Counted from the first letter of the stretch, positions 10,217-21,201 are shown. The stretch is 64,000 nt of DNA from Candidatus Gottesmanbacteria bacterium (GCA_963701185.1 OY969569.1:116392-180391); one strand, 5' to 3'. A program made the numbers and translations. Notes: generated from the sequence alone by a model not told the origin.

Positions 10217-11742
10217 AACGGGACAAGAGAATCATTTTTACCCTATCGATGCTCGTTGTATTCGGTTTTGCGTTTTTCATTCTGTCAGGGCTTTTCCGCC
10301 GGGGTTTTTTCGTATCCGATGACGGCGGATGGATGATTATACGGCTTAGTGCGTTTTTCCAAAGCCTGCGGGAAGGCCAGTTCCCGGTCCGTTTTCTGGG
10401 GAGGCTCAATTACAGTTACGGATACCCGGTTGCCAATTTCCTGTATCCCGGCTTTATGTATATCGGATCACTGATTCATGTGATCGGATTTTCATTCATC
10501 GATTCCGTCAAAATAATGATGGGCGCTTCCGTTCTCGTCGGCGCGTATTTTACGTTTTTGTGGCTGAAACAGTATTTCCGCGCTATGGAAAGTGCGGTAG
10601 GCGCAATCTGTTTTGTGAGTGCCCCGTATGTGCTGTTTGATCTGTATACACGAGGCTCCGTCGGGGAACTTCTGGCGATGGCGTGGGCGGCAGTGGGGTT
10701 GTACTCGATTGCAGCGAAAAAATCATGGCTCCTGTCGCTCTCTGTGTCGCTTCTTATCGTGAGCCATAATTCGCTCGCGGTTCTGTTTTTGGGATTTTAT
10801 GTTTTGTATATAACGGTACTTGGCCGGTGGCGCGATTATTGGCTCATGTTTTTTCTAGGTATCGGCATGGTGATGTTTTTTTGGTTCCCCGCCCTCTATG
10901 AACGCAAATACGTGGTGTTCGACGCGGTACAAATCGCCAATCCGGCCGCATATTTTATCAGGACATTCAATGCGATGCTTTTAGGATTTGCAGGGATACT
11001 GGCGGCGTGCACCGCGGTATTTACCGGAAAGTCGCTCGCGAAAGAAAAAATATTTTTTCTAATTTCTTTTGCAATCATATTGTTTATGGTATTGCCGGTC
11101 AGTGCGTTGCTGTGGCGGTCGGACCTTCTGATACGCATATTTCAATTTCCGTATAGATTTTTGTCTCTGACGGCGTTCATAGGCAGCTGGCTGGTGGGGT
11201 ACGTCCTCACCCATCATCGGACATTCGTACGGGTTTTATTGGCGGTTCTGTTTGTTGCTTTCAGCGCATGGTCGGTTGTATCTGCGCTCTCAAAAGTCCA
11301 ATACACCGATTCGCCGGAAGGGTATTATGTAACGAATGAAGCCACAACGACAGTTCGTGATGAATATATGCCGCGATGGGTACGTGAAAAACCTACCCAG
11401 CGGGCATATCAGAAACTAATTTTTTATCAGGGGGCGGGTGTGTTTGATGTTAAAAAAATTTCAACTCAATCCATAGACGTTACGGTTACTGCAAACGAGG
11501 ATAGTGTCGTACAAATAAACACGGTATATTATCCCGGATGGGGAGTTTCAGTTGATGATGCGGCCGTTCACATTGATTATAAAAATAAGCAGGGACTCAT
11601 GCGGGTTTCCGTCCCGCAGGGGACCCACCGTCTGGTTGCCGGTTTCAGGGAGACGATTTCCAGGTTTTTGGCCGACAATATTTCATTGGGATTTTTGATT
11701 TGGTACGGTATAGCTGTACTTGTTAAAAAACGACGAAGATGA
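10213..11742 (+). CDS. Polytopic membrane protein, 'HD...GYGYP' family, with YfhO-type C-terminal module
   Basis: N-terminal TM, then DDGGWMIIRL..REGQFPVRF..YSYGYPVANFLYP. C-terminal YYPGWGVSVDDAAVHIDYKN...VSVPQGTHRLV. Paralogous to 11739, 41634 and 45575. Confidence 0.55.
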   Translation: MKRDKRIIFTLSMLVVFGFAFFILSGLFRRGFFVSDDGGWMIIRLSAFFQSLREGQFPVRFLGRLNYSYGYPVANFLYPGFMYIGSLIHVIGFSFIDSVKIMMGASVLVGAYFTFLWLKQYFRAMESAVGAICFVSAPYVLFDLYTRGSVGELLAMAWAAVGLYSIAAKKSWLLSLSVSLLIVSHNSLAVLFLGFYVLYITVLGRWRDYWLMFFLGIGMVMFFWFPALYERKYVVFDAVQIANPAAYFIRTFNAMLLGFAGILAACTAVFTGKSLAKEKIFFLISFAIILFMVLPVSALLWRSDLLIRIFQFPYRFLSLTAFIGSWLVGYVLTHHRTFVRVLLAVLFVAFSAWSVVSALSKVQYTDSPEGYYVTNEATTTVRDEYMPRWVREKPTQRAYQKLIFYQGAGVFDVKKISTQSIDVTVTANEDSVVQINTVYYPGWGVSVDDAAVHIDYKNKQGLMRVSVPQGTHRLVAGFRETISRFLADNISLGFLIWYGIAVLVKKRRR

Positions 11743-13337
11743 AAAAAGCAGCAGGACTCCTCATCGTTCTGGTCAGTTCTGTATTGATGATCCGGTCGTT
11801 ATTCATCGCCGGATATTTCCCCATGCATGATGACACGCAGGTTGCCCGCGTTGTGGAGATGGGGAGGGCGCTCCGTCAGGGGCAATTCCCGGTACGATGG
11901 GTGTCGGACCTGGGGTATGGGTACGGGTATCCGATTTTTAATTTCTACGGGCCTCTTCCGTATTACGTGGGCGGCGCCTTATATGCCCTAGGTTTGACCG
12001 GTCTTACCGCTACGAAAATTATGATGGGAATTGGGTTGGTTCTTTCCGGTGTTACCATGTATGTGGCAATTGCGGATATCAGCGGAATTTCAGCCGGAAT
12101 TCTTGCTGCTGTATTTTATATGTTCGCCCCGTATCACGGGGTACAGGCATATGTTCGCGGTGCAGTCGGGGAATATTACGCGCTCATATTCCTGCCGCTC
12201 ATTTTATGGGGGTTTTGGAGAAGAAAAATTATTCTGACAGCCGTGGGCATCGCGGGACTTATCATATCGCATACGATTCTGGGGTTTATCGGAATGTTTT
12301 TGGTCGGCATTGCTGCGATACAAAGGAAAAAACTTTGGGGTGCCGTTTTGTTGGGGCTTGGACTCGCTGCATTCTTTTGGCTCCCTGCACTTTTTGAAAT
12401 GAAATATACAAGTGTTGCGGGGCAGGTAAACAGCGGATCGAACTTTCGGGATCACTTCGTATGTGTGAGTCAGTTATGGAATTCGGAGTGGGGATTCGGA
12501 GGATCTGCCAAAGGGTGCCTCGACGGCCTGTCATTTAAAGTCGGGAAAGTGCATCTTCTTGCCGCCCTCGCGGTACTTGTGGGCATATTGGCCGGGTTAC
12601 TGCGCGGGAGAAAAGAAAAAATGCTCGTTGTAGTCGGTATGACAATTTTTGCGGCTTCTGTGTTTTTCATGTTGAATATATCCGAATCCGTATGGAATAT
12701 GCTCCCGTTTTTTGCCTACATTCAGTATCCGTGGCGGTTCTTAGCGTTTGCGATATTCGGCATTTCGATCGTCACGAGCCAGGCTGCACACCTATTCCGG
12801 CCGGCTTTCGTACGGTGGGGCATGATCATCCTTTTGGTAGGCATGGTTTTATTTGTTGAAGCAAAACGGTTTGCGCCTCAATATACCTATAGCCGGGCGT
12901 CCAGTGATTTTGAGACAGAACAGGACATCCGTTATCGGGTATCCAAAATTTCCGACGAGTACCTGCCTCCGGCAGTACCCAGGCCTGAAAGTCCGCAGGA
13001 TGTCCCGCATGATACAATACCGCAATCAGATCTGTACACTATGGATATCCAACAATTGTCGGATGTTTACGGCAAGTTCGGATTCAGCACGAGCGAGCCG
13101 GCGGCCGTTCAAATAAACATTGCGTATTTTCCCGGATGGCACTATATCGTCAACGTGACTGATACAAAACCGCGGCTAACCAACGGCCTTCCGGTTATTA
13201 CGATACCGGCGGGAGATACCGTTGTGCAGATGTCATTTGCCGATACGCCGGTCCGCCGGATTGCAAACATCATAAGTCTGCTGTCCGTCGGCATATGTTT
13301 TTATTTATATGACAAACGGAAAAAAACCATCAGTTAA
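11739..13337 (+). CDS. Polytopic membrane protein, 'HD...GYGYP' family paralogue
   Basis: MHDDTQVARVVEM..RQGQFPVRW..GYGYGYPIFNFYGPLPYY. C-terminal AYFPGW module. ATGA overlap with 10213. Confidence 0.55.
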   Translation: MKKAAGLLIVLVSSVLMIRSLFIAGYFPMHDDTQVARVVEMGRALRQGQFPVRWVSDLGYGYGYPIFNFYGPLPYYVGGALYALGLTGLTATKIMMGIGLVLSGVTMYVAIADISGISAGILAAVFYMFAPYHGVQAYVRGAVGEYYALIFLPLILWGFWRRKIILTAVGIAGLIISHTILGFIGMFLVGIAAIQRKKLWGAVLLGLGLAAFFWLPALFEMKYTSVAGQVNSGSNFRDHFVCVSQLWNSEWGFGGSAKGCLDGLSFKVGKVHLLAALAVLVGILAGLLRGRKEKMLVVVGMTIFAASVFFMLNISESVWNMLPFFAYIQYPWRFLAFAIFGISIVTSQAAHLFRPAFVRWGMIILLVGMVLFVEAKRFAPQYTYSRASSDFETEQDIRYRVSKISDEYLPPAVPRPESPQDVPHDTIPQSDLYTMDIQQLSDVYGKFGFSTSEPAAVQINIAYFPGWHYIVNVTDTKPRLTNGLPVITIPAGDTVVQMSFADTPVRRIANIISLLSVGICFYLYDKRKKTIS

Positions 13338-14052
13338 TATTGTCATTCCCGTATATAACGAGGAGAAAGAGTTGGCCGCAAGCGTCGGGACGCTCCGGGA
13401 ATTTTTACGGGATCATCTTCCGGATTTTTCCTGGCGCATTACCATTGCTGATAATGCATCAAAGGATAAGACACTTGCGATTGCCAAGGAACTTAGTAAA
13501 AAATATGCTGAGGTTTCTTTTGTCCATCTTCCACAAAAGGGGCGCGGTAGGGCGGTAAAACACGCATGGTCACTGGACCGCGCCGATATTGAAGCGTATA
13601 TGGATGTTGATTTATCGACAGATCTCGCGCATCTGCCCCCGTTGGTACGGGCGCTTACCCGCGGATATGATATTGCCATCGGCACGCGGAATGCATGGGG
13701 ATCCCGTGTGTACGGGAGATCGACACTGCGCACGTTCACGTCAAAAATGTACATCATGCTTATCAAACTGGTGTTCTGGGTTCACTTCAGCGACGCACAG
13801 TGCGGGTTTAAGGCGGCAACCCGAAGAGTTATAAACGATATCATTCCGTATGTTGCCGACAACGAATGGTTTTTCGACACGGAGCTGTTGGTTATTTCGG
13901 AAAAATTGGGATACAGAATTTATGAAGAGCCGGTGACATGGATCGATAATCCGGGTTCTACCGTGCGTGTCATGAAAACCGCTCAGGGTGACCTTGCCGG
14001 ACTCTGGCGACTGTTTACAACACGTCCGTGGAAAGGGGTATGGAAGAAATAG
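13309..14052 (+). CDS. GT2 glycosyltransferase (Dpm1-like)
   Basis: VNIVIPVYNEEKEL...ITIADNASKDKT...DVDLSTD. Confidence 0.8.
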   Translation: MTNGKKPSVNIVIPVYNEEKELAASVGTLREFLRDHLPDFSWRITIADNASKDKTLAIAKELSKKYAEVSFVHLPQKGRGRAVKHAWSLDRADIEAYMDVDLSTDLAHLPPLVRALTRGYDIAIGTRNAWGSRVYGRSTLRTFTSKMYIMLIKLVFWVHFSDAQCGFKAATRRVINDIIPYVADNEWFFDTELLVISEKLGYRIYEEPVTWIDNPGSTVRVMKTAQGDLAGLWRLFTTRPWKGVWKK

Positions 14053-15485
14053 ATATCGCATTGGTAAAAAAGAGATCGTTAACAGGGGTGGTTGCCCTGA
14101 CGTCACGCACGTTTTTATTGCAGGTTATCGCATTTACGGCAACATTTCTTCTGACCATATTTTTAAGCCCTCAGATCTTCGGAGTTTTTTACGTCGTTTC
14201 GGCAGTCATTAATTTTTTGGGATATTTTTCCGATGTCGGTCTTGCTGCAGCGCTGATCCAGAAAAAAGAATCCCTGACCTCTGAAGATTTAAGTACCACA
14301 TTCACTATCCAGCAAATTCTTGTCAGTGCTGTCGTTATCATTGCGCTTGCCGCCTCCGGTACGATCAGCACCTTTTACGGACTGGACGCCACCGGTTTAT
14401 GGCTCTTGAGGGCTCTCATTATTTCTTTCTTCCTCTCGTCTTTGAAGACGATTCCTTCCATACTTCTTGAACGCAAACTCGATTTTAATAAACTGGTGAT
14501 TCCGCAGATATTGGAAACCTTAGGGTTTTACGTCGTTGCCGTCCTTTTGGCATGGCAAGGGTACGGAATCGTGAGCTTTACGTGGGCAGTGTTAACGCGT
14601 GCCGTTATCGGACTCGCGGCTATGTATATAATTTCACCGTGGAGAATCTCATTGAAACTTTCGCGCGATGTTGCAAAAAAACTTATGCGCTTCGGCGTGC
14701 CGTTCCAATTGAATTCATTTATTGCGCTTCTCAAGGATGATTTACTTACCGTTTTTTTGGGGAAAGTATTGCCGTTTGCCCAAATCGGATATATCGGATG
14801 GGCGAAAAAATGGGCAGAGGTACCGCTGCGGCTCATTATGGATTCCGTTATCCGCGTGACGTTCCCTGCGTTTTCGCGCCTTCAGGAACATAAAGAGCAT
14901 CTGCGGGCGGCAATAGAAAAAACTCTCTTCGGACTGTCGGTGGCAATGTTTCCTATTTCGGTCGGATTGTTGTTTTTTGTTCAGCCGCTCATCGGTATTA
15001 TTCCTAAATATGCCAAATGGGAACCTGCCATTACGGCATTTTATATCCTCACGATTTCATCAGTATTCGCGGGTTTGACGACGCCGCTTACCAACGCTCT
15101 AAATGCCATAGGGAAAATAAAAGTAACCCTGGGACTTATGGTCATGTGGACGGCGCTCACGTGGGCGCTTACCCTGACGCTCATTAAATTTTTCGGATTT
15201 AACGGTGTGCCATTGGCGTTCCTTTTGATCTCAACGACGATTGTAGTCGTGGTCGGGCTCGTGAAACAAGAGGTGCAGTTTTCTTTCTGGAACAGTATTT
15301 TCTGGGCGCTGATTGCAGCTGTCGTTCAGGGGCTATGGTACGGTGTAATACTTCGGATCGTGCCGCACTCACTCATATGGCTCATTCTTGCCGGATCAAC
15401 CGGTGTTATACTGTATGCAGGCGTCGTTTGGGTAGCTGAAAGGAAGCGTATCGGGGATACAATCAGGAGTTTTCAATCACAATGA
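14028..15485 (+). CDS. MOP-superfamily polysaccharide flippase (Wzx-like)
   Basis: 485 aa, about 12-14 TM helices. The N-terminus resembles Wzx/'polysaccharide biosynthesis protein' (KKRSLTGVVALTSRTFLLQVIAF..FLSPQIFG). Confidence 0.7.
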   Translation: MERGMEEIDIALVKKRSLTGVVALTSRTFLLQVIAFTATFLLTIFLSPQIFGVFYVVSAVINFLGYFSDVGLAAALIQKKESLTSEDLSTTFTIQQILVSAVVIIALAASGTISTFYGLDATGLWLLRALIISFFLSSLKTIPSILLERKLDFNKLVIPQILETLGFYVVAVLLAWQGYGIVSFTWAVLTRAVIGLAAMYIISPWRISLKLSRDVAKKLMRFGVPFQLNSFIALLKDDLLTVFLGKVLPFAQIGYIGWAKKWAEVPLRLIMDSVIRVTFPAFSRLQEHKEHLRAAIEKTLFGLSVAMFPISVGLLFFVQPLIGIIPKYAKWEPAITAFYILTISSVFAGLTTPLTNALNAIGKIKVTLGLMVMWTALTWALTLTLIKFFGFNGVPLAFLLISTTIVVVVGLVKQEVQFSFWNSIFWALIAAVVQGLWYGVILRIVPHSLIWLILAGSTGVILYAGVVWVAERKRIGDTIRSFQSQ

Positions 15486-16387
15486 AATCATCACTGTCCG
15501 TTGTCGTTTCGGCATATAACGAAGAACACTCGCTTGGCAGATGTCTTTCGTCAGTGCCGTTTGCCGATGAAATTATCGTTGTTGATAACGAGTCTCAGGA
15601 TAACACGGTCGGCATTGCGAAGAAGTTTACGAAGAGAATCTATTCGCAAAAAAATATCCTGATGCTGAATACCAATAAAAATTACGGGTTTGAAAAAGCG
15701 ACAGGTGACTGGATATTGAATTTGGATGCGGACGAAGAAATACCTAAAGATCTTGCTCAAGAGATTAAGACTATTATCCAATCACATCCCAAAGAAAACG
15801 GGTATTGGATCAAACGGAAAAACATCATTTTCGGGAAATGGATTACCCACGGGTTATGGTGGCCGGATAAACAAATACGGTTGTTCAGGAGGGAAAAAGG
15901 AAAATTTCCCTGCATACACATCCATGAATACGTGAGCGTCGAGGGGCAGGTGGGTGAGCTTGCCGCACCCTATCTCCATTATAATTATGAAACGGTCCAT
16001 CAGTACCTGACAAAAATCGACCGTGCGTCCACAAGCGAAGCGCTATCCCTGAAAGATATGAATCACCAGTTGGTCTGGTACGACGCGATACGATTCCCGC
16101 TTTCGGATTTTTTGAAAATCTATTTTGCACAAAGCGGATATAAAGACGGACTCCACGGCTTGGTGCTGGCGCTCTTTCAGGCATTTTATTCTTTCACCGT
16201 ATTTGCAAAATTTTGGGAGATGGAAAAATTTAGCCAGCGGGATCTGGCTCCTCTTGCTGTTACCAGTGAACTTGAACGCGGAGGGAAAGAGACAAAGTAT
16301 TGGATGATCACATCAAAAATTCAGGAAACGAAAAATATTGTGCAAAAAATACTATGGAAAATACAACGAAAGTTTTTGTCATTATAG
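15482..16387 (+). CDS. GT2 glycosyltransferase (paralogue of 17256 and 43187)
   Basis: LSVVVSAYNEEHSL...DEIIVVDNESQDNT...LNLDADEEI, plus a conserved C-terminal helper domain (GLHGLVLALFQAFYSF). Confidence 0.8.
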   Translation: MKSSLSVVVSAYNEEHSLGRCLSSVPFADEIIVVDNESQDNTVGIAKKFTKRIYSQKNILMLNTNKNYGFEKATGDWILNLDADEEIPKDLAQEIKTIIQSHPKENGYWIKRKNIIFGKWITHGLWWPDKQIRLFRREKGKFPCIHIHEYVSVEGQVGELAAPYLHYNYETVHQYLTKIDRASTSEALSLKDMNHQLVWYDAIRFPLSDFLKIYFAQSGYKDGLHGLVLALFQAFYSFTVFAKFWEMEKFSQRDLAPLAVTSELERGGKETKYWMITSKIQETKNIVQKILWKIQRKFLSL

Positions 16388-17259
16388 TTAACTGGAACGG
16401 AAAGAAGGATACCGAAGCATGCCTGTCTTCACTTGAAAAGATAGAAAAGCCTCATGTGGACCTGCGCGTGATTGTTGTTGATAACGGTTCATCGGATGAT
16501 TCGGTCGCAGCCATCAGAAAAAAATATCCTGGGGTGACCGTCCTGCCTACCGGAAAAAATCTCGGTTTCACGGGAGGAAATAACACCGGCATCACGCATG
16601 CGCTCAAAGACAAAGCGGATTTTGTGTGGCTTTTGAATAACGATACGATTGTTGAAAAAAGTGTTTTAGAAAATCTTTCTCCATTTAAAGACCCCCGTGT
16701 GGGTATTTGCGGCAGTAAAATATATTTTGCTCCCGGTCATGAATTCCACCAGACGCGTTACAAAAAACAGGAGCAGGGGCGCGTGTTTTGGTATGCAGGC
16801 GGGCTTATTGACTGGAAGAATATGTACGCGTCGCACCGCGGAGTGGATGAGGTGGATCACGGACAGTTTGATCACGAAGAAGACACGCCGTTTGTTACAG
16901 GGTGTTCTATGATGATCAAGCGAAAGGTCTTTGATAAAATAGGGATGCTCGACGATAGGTATTATCTATATCTTGAGGATCTGGATTTTTGTTTACGGGC
17001 AAAAAAAGCTGGATTTACGCTGAAGTACGTTCCGTCTTCGATTTTGTGGCATGTGAATGCCGGATCATCTGCCCGACCGGGAAATCCACTCCACGAATAT
17101 TATTTTACCCGAAATAGATTGCTTTTAGGATTCCGCTGGGCATCCCTAAGAACAAAATTTGCGCTTCTTCGTGAAACATTACGGTTTACGTCACCTGTGA
17201 GAAAAAAAGCTGTCCGGGATTGGATGTTTGGAAGATTCGGCAACAGGTTTTCATTATGA
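16348..17259 (+). CDS. GT2 glycosyltransferase (WbbL/rhamnosyltransferase-like)
   Basis: VFVIIVNWNGKKDT...VIVVDNGSSDDS...LLNNDTIV. Start is ambiguous (ATG 16300 or 16348). Confidence 0.8.
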   Translation, partial: NTMENTTKVFVIIVNWNGKKDTEACLSSLEKIEKPHVDLRVIVVDNGSSDDSVAAIRKKYPGVTVLPTGKNLGFTGGNNTGITHALKDKADFVWLLNNDTIVEKSVLENLSPFKDPRVGICGSKIYFAPGHEFHQTRYKKQEQGRVFWYAGGLIDWKNMYASHRGVDEVDHGQFDHEEDTPFVTGCSMMIKRKVFDKIGMLDDRYYLYLEDLDFCLRAKKAGFTLKYVPSSILWHVNAGSSARPGNPLHEYYFTRNRLLLGFRWASLRTKFALLRETLRFTSPVRKKAVRDWMFGRFGNRFSL

Positions 17260-17999
17260 AATTATCCGCAATTATTATTGCAAAAAATGAAGAGGAAAGA
17301 ATTGCAAAATGCCTGAACAGCGTCGCATTTGCAGATGAACGTATTGTCGTTGACAACGGATCTACGGATAAGACGGCAGATATCGCCCGGGCAGAGGGCG
17401 CAAAATTGTTCACCGCCGCGGAAAAAGATTTTTCCGGTCTGCGGGATTTAGGACTAAAGGAAGCAACAGGAACATGGATTCTGTACATAGATGCGGATGA
17501 AGAGGTTGATGAAAAACTACAAAAAGAAATACGGGATACTATTGAAAGTACTGATCAAAATATATATTTTGTCCGTCGTGACACGTATTTTTTGGGGTAT
17601 CACTGGCCGCACAAAGATAAAGTCGAGCGGCTATTTTTGCGAAGCGCACTTCGGGGGTGGCAGGGAACTCTTCATGAAACGCCGCTGTATGTCGGAAGTA
17701 TCGGAATGTTAATGAATCCCCTCATACACAGTACACACCGGACTCTGGAAGAAATGGTAATAAAAACTAATGAATGGTCTGCGGTAGAAGCTAAACTGAG
17801 ACTGGATGCTCATCATCCGCCGGTTGTCTGGTGGAGGTTATTACGCGTCATGATTACCGGGTTTAACAGATCGTTTTTCGCTCAGGGCGGCTGGAGAGCG
17901 GGCACCGTCGGATGGATAGAAAGCATCTATCAGGCATTCAGCATGTTCGTGACATACGCGAAGTTGTGGGAGATGCAGCAGAAGAAAAACACGGCATGA
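17256..17999 (+). CDS. GT2 glycosyltransferase (paralogue of 15482)
   Basis: LSAIIIAKNEEERI...DERIVVDNGSTDKT...LYIDADEEV. ATGA overlap at both ends. Confidence 0.8.
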   Translation: MKLSAIIIAKNEEERIAKCLNSVAFADERIVVDNGSTDKTADIARAEGAKLFTAAEKDFSGLRDLGLKEATGTWILYIDADEEVDEKLQKEIRDTIESTDQNIYFVRRDTYFLGYHWPHKDKVERLFLRSALRGWQGTLHETPLYVGSIGMLMNPLIHSTHRTLEEMVIKTNEWSAVEAKLRLDAHHPPVVWWRLLRVMITGFNRSFFAQGGWRAGTVGWIESIYQAFSMFVTYAKLWEMQQKKNTA

Positions 18000-20191
18000 A
18001 ATTATTTTTTACTAAATTTTGGCCGGTAATCAGTATTGTTGCCTTATGGTTTATTTTTTCATTCCCGTATTTTTTTAAGGGATTGGTGCCGTTCCCGTCA
18101 AAGTATTTAGTCACTTTTTTTCCGCCGTGGAATAGTCAGTACGGCATGCCGGTAAAAAACAACGCGATGCCGGACGTGATTACACAGCTGTATCCGTGGA
18201 AAAAGCTGACGATCGATACGTGGAAGTCCGGGGAAGTGCCGTTATGGAATCCGTATAGTTTTTCCGGAACTCCGCACGCCGGCAATTATCAGAGTGCTGT
18301 GTTTTCTCCTGTTAACCTGCTGTTTTTTATTCTTCCGTTTATCGATGCGTGGAGTATCATGATTCTTCTCCAGCCGCTGCTGGCTGCTTTATTCATGTAT
18401 TTGTTTGTGAGAAGTCTGGACAGGTCAAAAGAAGCATCCCTTCTGGCGTCAATTGCGTTTATGTTCTCCGGGTTTATGGTCGTCTGGATGGCATACGGGA
18501 CACTCGGGTATGCCGCACTTTTTCTGCCGCTTATCTTCTGGGGGGTGCACAAAAAGCATGGTTGGGCGGTAAGTCTGGGTGTTGCCCTGTCCCTTGTTTC
18601 CGGCCATTTTCAGGTTAGTATCTATGTCATTTTGGCTTCAATTGCATATATTTTTTGGAAAAGGCAGTGGCGGCCGCTCCTGTCAGTTTTTTTCGGTCTG
18701 ATGATTGCTGCGCCGCAAATACTCTTAGGACTCCGTTCGTTTGCTCAGTCAACACGCGGCGGTTCAGTGCTGAAGGGAGAGGTTATACCCTGGGCATACC
18801 TCATGACGCTTATTGCTCCTGACTTTTTCGGAAATCCCGTCACGCGCAACGACTGGTTCGGCCATTATGCCGAATGGGCGGGATTTATCGGCGTCACACC
18901 GTTTATGCTTGCAATATTTTCAATCGGAAAAAACAAAGTAAGGGAAATTTTGTTTTTTGTGCTCCTTGCCGCCGTGTCATTACTTTTAGCATTGCCCTCG
19001 CCTCTGAATGATCTCTTGTATATTCTGAAGATTCCGGTTCTTTCCGGAAGCGCCGCATCACGGATCATTATTCTCGTAAGTTTTTCACTGGCAGTGCTGT
19101 CTGCATACGGAATAGATAAATTGAAAGAGAAAAAACGCCCCATCATATTTCCTGTCGCCTGTCTTTGTTTTATCGGAGTAACGTGGCTTGTATTATTATT
19201 CGGCAATCTACTTCCTGCGGATAAACTATCAATCGCGATTCATAATTTTATTCTTCCCAGCGTATTTGTTGTGTTGTCGGCCGCAGCACTGGTTGTAAGA
19301 AAAAAATTCGTTCTTTATCTATTGATCGGTCTGGCGATGTTTGATGTATTCCGGTTCGCAGCGAAATGGATGCCGTTTGATCCGCGGCAGTACGTGTTCC
19401 CGCAGGTAAAATCGCTGACATATCTTGCCTCCCGTGTGGGGAATGACAGGGTTTTCGGCAATATAGGGAGCGGAGAGGTGGGTGCGCAATTTCATATTCC
19501 GCTCGTTGAGGGCTATGACGCGGTGTATCAGGCGCGGTATGGCGAATTTATGAATACAGTTTCCAAAGGGTACGTGTATCCTCCGGGTCGGTCGGTCGTA
19601 CAGTTTGATAAATACGGAGTGTACAAAACAGAAGCCCTGCAGTTGTTGGGCATTAAATACATTTATCACCGGTTAAGTGACGGGAGGAACTCTTGGGTTT
19701 TTCCATACTGGGAGTATCCGGGCATGCGCAGTATGTATAGCGATGAGAAATATGAAATATTCGAATATCCCGACGCCTATCCAAGAGCTTTTCTTGCATC
19801 AGCCTACGTTATAGGTGACATTAATACGCTTTTTTCTCAAGACGTAAACCGGAGAGATACGCTCGTTTTGGAAGAAAAACCGTCACTCGAACCGCAGGCG
19901 GGCACGGGATCGGCGGAGATTGTTTCATATACGCCGGACCGCGTCACGGTACGGACGGATTCGGAGTCGCCCAAACTGTTATTTCTCTCCGACGCGTATG
20001 ACGCGGGCTGGAAGGCTGCCGTTGACGGGAAACAATACCCCGTGTACCGCGCCGATTATGATTTCCGGGCAGTTGCCGTGCCGGCGGGGCAGCATACGGT
20101 TGAATTCAGATACGCACCTGAAGAATTCCGGTGGGGTATAATACTTAGTATTATCGGGTTTGCGGGAATATTTGCCCTGAAACGTATATGA
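17996..20191 (+). CDS. YfhO-family GT-C membrane glycosyltransferase
   Basis: Polytopic. LWNPYSFSGTPH and IAPDFFGNP motifs. C-terminal YDAGWKAAVDGKQYPVYRADYDFRAVAVPAGQHTVEFRY. Confidence 0.75.
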   Translation: MKLFFTKFWPVISIVALWFIFSFPYFFKGLVPFPSKYLVTFFPPWNSQYGMPVKNNAMPDVITQLYPWKKLTIDTWKSGEVPLWNPYSFSGTPHAGNYQSAVFSPVNLLFFILPFIDAWSIMILLQPLLAALFMYLFVRSLDRSKEASLLASIAFMFSGFMVVWMAYGTLGYAALFLPLIFWGVHKKHGWAVSLGVALSLVSGHFQVSIYVILASIAYIFWKRQWRPLLSVFFGLMIAAPQILLGLRSFAQSTRGGSVLKGEVIPWAYLMTLIAPDFFGNPVTRNDWFGHYAEWAGFIGVTPFMLAIFSIGKNKVREILFFVLLAAVSLLLALPSPLNDLLYILKIPVLSGSAASRIIILVSFSLAVLSAYGIDKLKEKKRPIIFPVACLCFIGVTWLVLLFGNLLPADKLSIAIHNFILPSVFVVLSAAALVVRKKFVLYLLIGLAMFDVFRFAAKWMPFDPRQYVFPQVKSLTYLASRVGNDRVFGNIGSGEVGAQFHIPLVEGYDAVYQARYGEFMNTVSKGYVYPPGRSVVQFDKYGVYKTEALQLLGIKYIYHRLSDGRNSWVFPYWEYPGMRSMYSDEKYEIFEYPDAYPRAFLASAYVIGDINTLFSQDVNRRDTLVLEEKPSLEPQAGTGSAEIVSYTPDRVTVRTDSESPKLLFLSDAYDAGWKAAVDGKQYPVYRADYDFRAVAVPAGQHTVEFRYAPEEFRWGIILSIIGFAGIFALKRI

Positions 20192-21201
20192 AAATCGGTT
20201 TTTTCAGCCCGTATTTTGACAGCATGAGCGGCGGTGAGCGATATCTTTTGACGCTTGCCTCTCACTGGTCGCGGGTTCATGATGTATCTCTTTTTTGGGA
20301 CGACCCGGAGATTGTACCCCGGACTCAAAAGAGGCTCAATATTGATCTATCCCGGGTCAGGACGGCGGAAAATGTTTTTAAAACAAAAAACGTTTTTAGA
20401 AAATTAGCGGTCAGCCGCGGGTACGACCTTATATTTTTCCTGACCGACGGAAGCATCCCGACGACGTTTGCCCGCCGCAACATTTTGCATTTTCAGGTGC
20501 CGTTCCGGGATATACCCGTCCATCCGATTAAATTACTCCGATTTCAGGCCATCGTGTGTAATTCTTTTTTTACAAAAGACCATCTGGAACCGCGTGTGGG
20601 TAAACGTTCCCTTGTCATTTATCCTCCCGTTGAACCGGTTAAACGGACGGGGAGTGCGAAAAAGAACGTTATCCTGTCCGTCGGGCGGTTTCATCCGCTT
20701 AAAAAACAAGATGTATTGATTGAAATATTTCAAAAAGGGAAGTTTAAGGATTATACCCTGGTTCTTTCCGGTGGTCTTCAGCCGTCGGATCAGAAGTATT
20801 TTGATTCCCTTGTGTCTCTGGCAAAAAATCTAACCGTAAAATTATTTCCCAATGTATCGTACGAGAAATTGGTTGGATTGTATAACGATGCCCGTATCTA
20901 CTGGCATGCTGCCGGGTACAGGGAGACGCGGCCGGAGCATATGGAACATTTCGGTATCACGACGGTTGAAGCAATGTCGGCCGGCTGTATTCCCGTGGTT
21001 TATAACGGCGGGGGACAGTCGGAAATCGTTACCCGCAATCTCTGGACTACCCCTGAAGAATGCCTTGAAATGACGGAGCATGTCATCCGAAATACAAAAG
21101 GTCAGAATGTTTTACGGGAGGAGATGGTGCAACGCTCAAAAAGATTCAGCGTGCCGGCATTTACAAAGGCGTTTGATGAGTTACTTTCGGATATCACGTG
21201 A
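20188..21201 (+). CDS. GT4 glycosyltransferase
   Basis: C-terminal FGITTVEAMSAGCIPVV...GGQSEIV (GT4 E-x7-E region). N-terminus MKIGFFSPYF..SGGERY. Confidence 0.85.
   Translation: MKIGFFSPYFDSMSGGERYLLTLASHWSRVHDVSLFWDDPEIVPRTQKRLNIDLSRVRTAENVFKTKNVFRKLAVSRGYDLIFFLTDGSIPTTFARRNILHFQVPFRDIPVHPIKLLRFQAIVCNSFFTKDHLEPRVGKRSLVIYPPVEPVKRTGSAKKNVILSVGRFHPLKKQDVLIEIFQKGKFKDYTLVLSGGLQPSDQKYFDSLVSLAKNLTVKLFPNVSYEKLVGLYNDARIYWHAAGYRETRPEHMEHFGITTVEAMSAGCIPVVYNGGGQSEIVTRNLWTTPEECLEMTEHVIRNTKGQNVLREEMVQRSKRFSVPAFTKAFDELLSDIT

Noticed and set aside
13300-13340. A8 tract at the 11739/13309 gene overlap, and T8/T9/A8 tracts at 45050, 45300, 31625 and 63925, as phase-variation switches
   Set aside because: All are currently in-frame in both neighbouring genes. 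There is no evidence of length heterogeneity from a single sequence.
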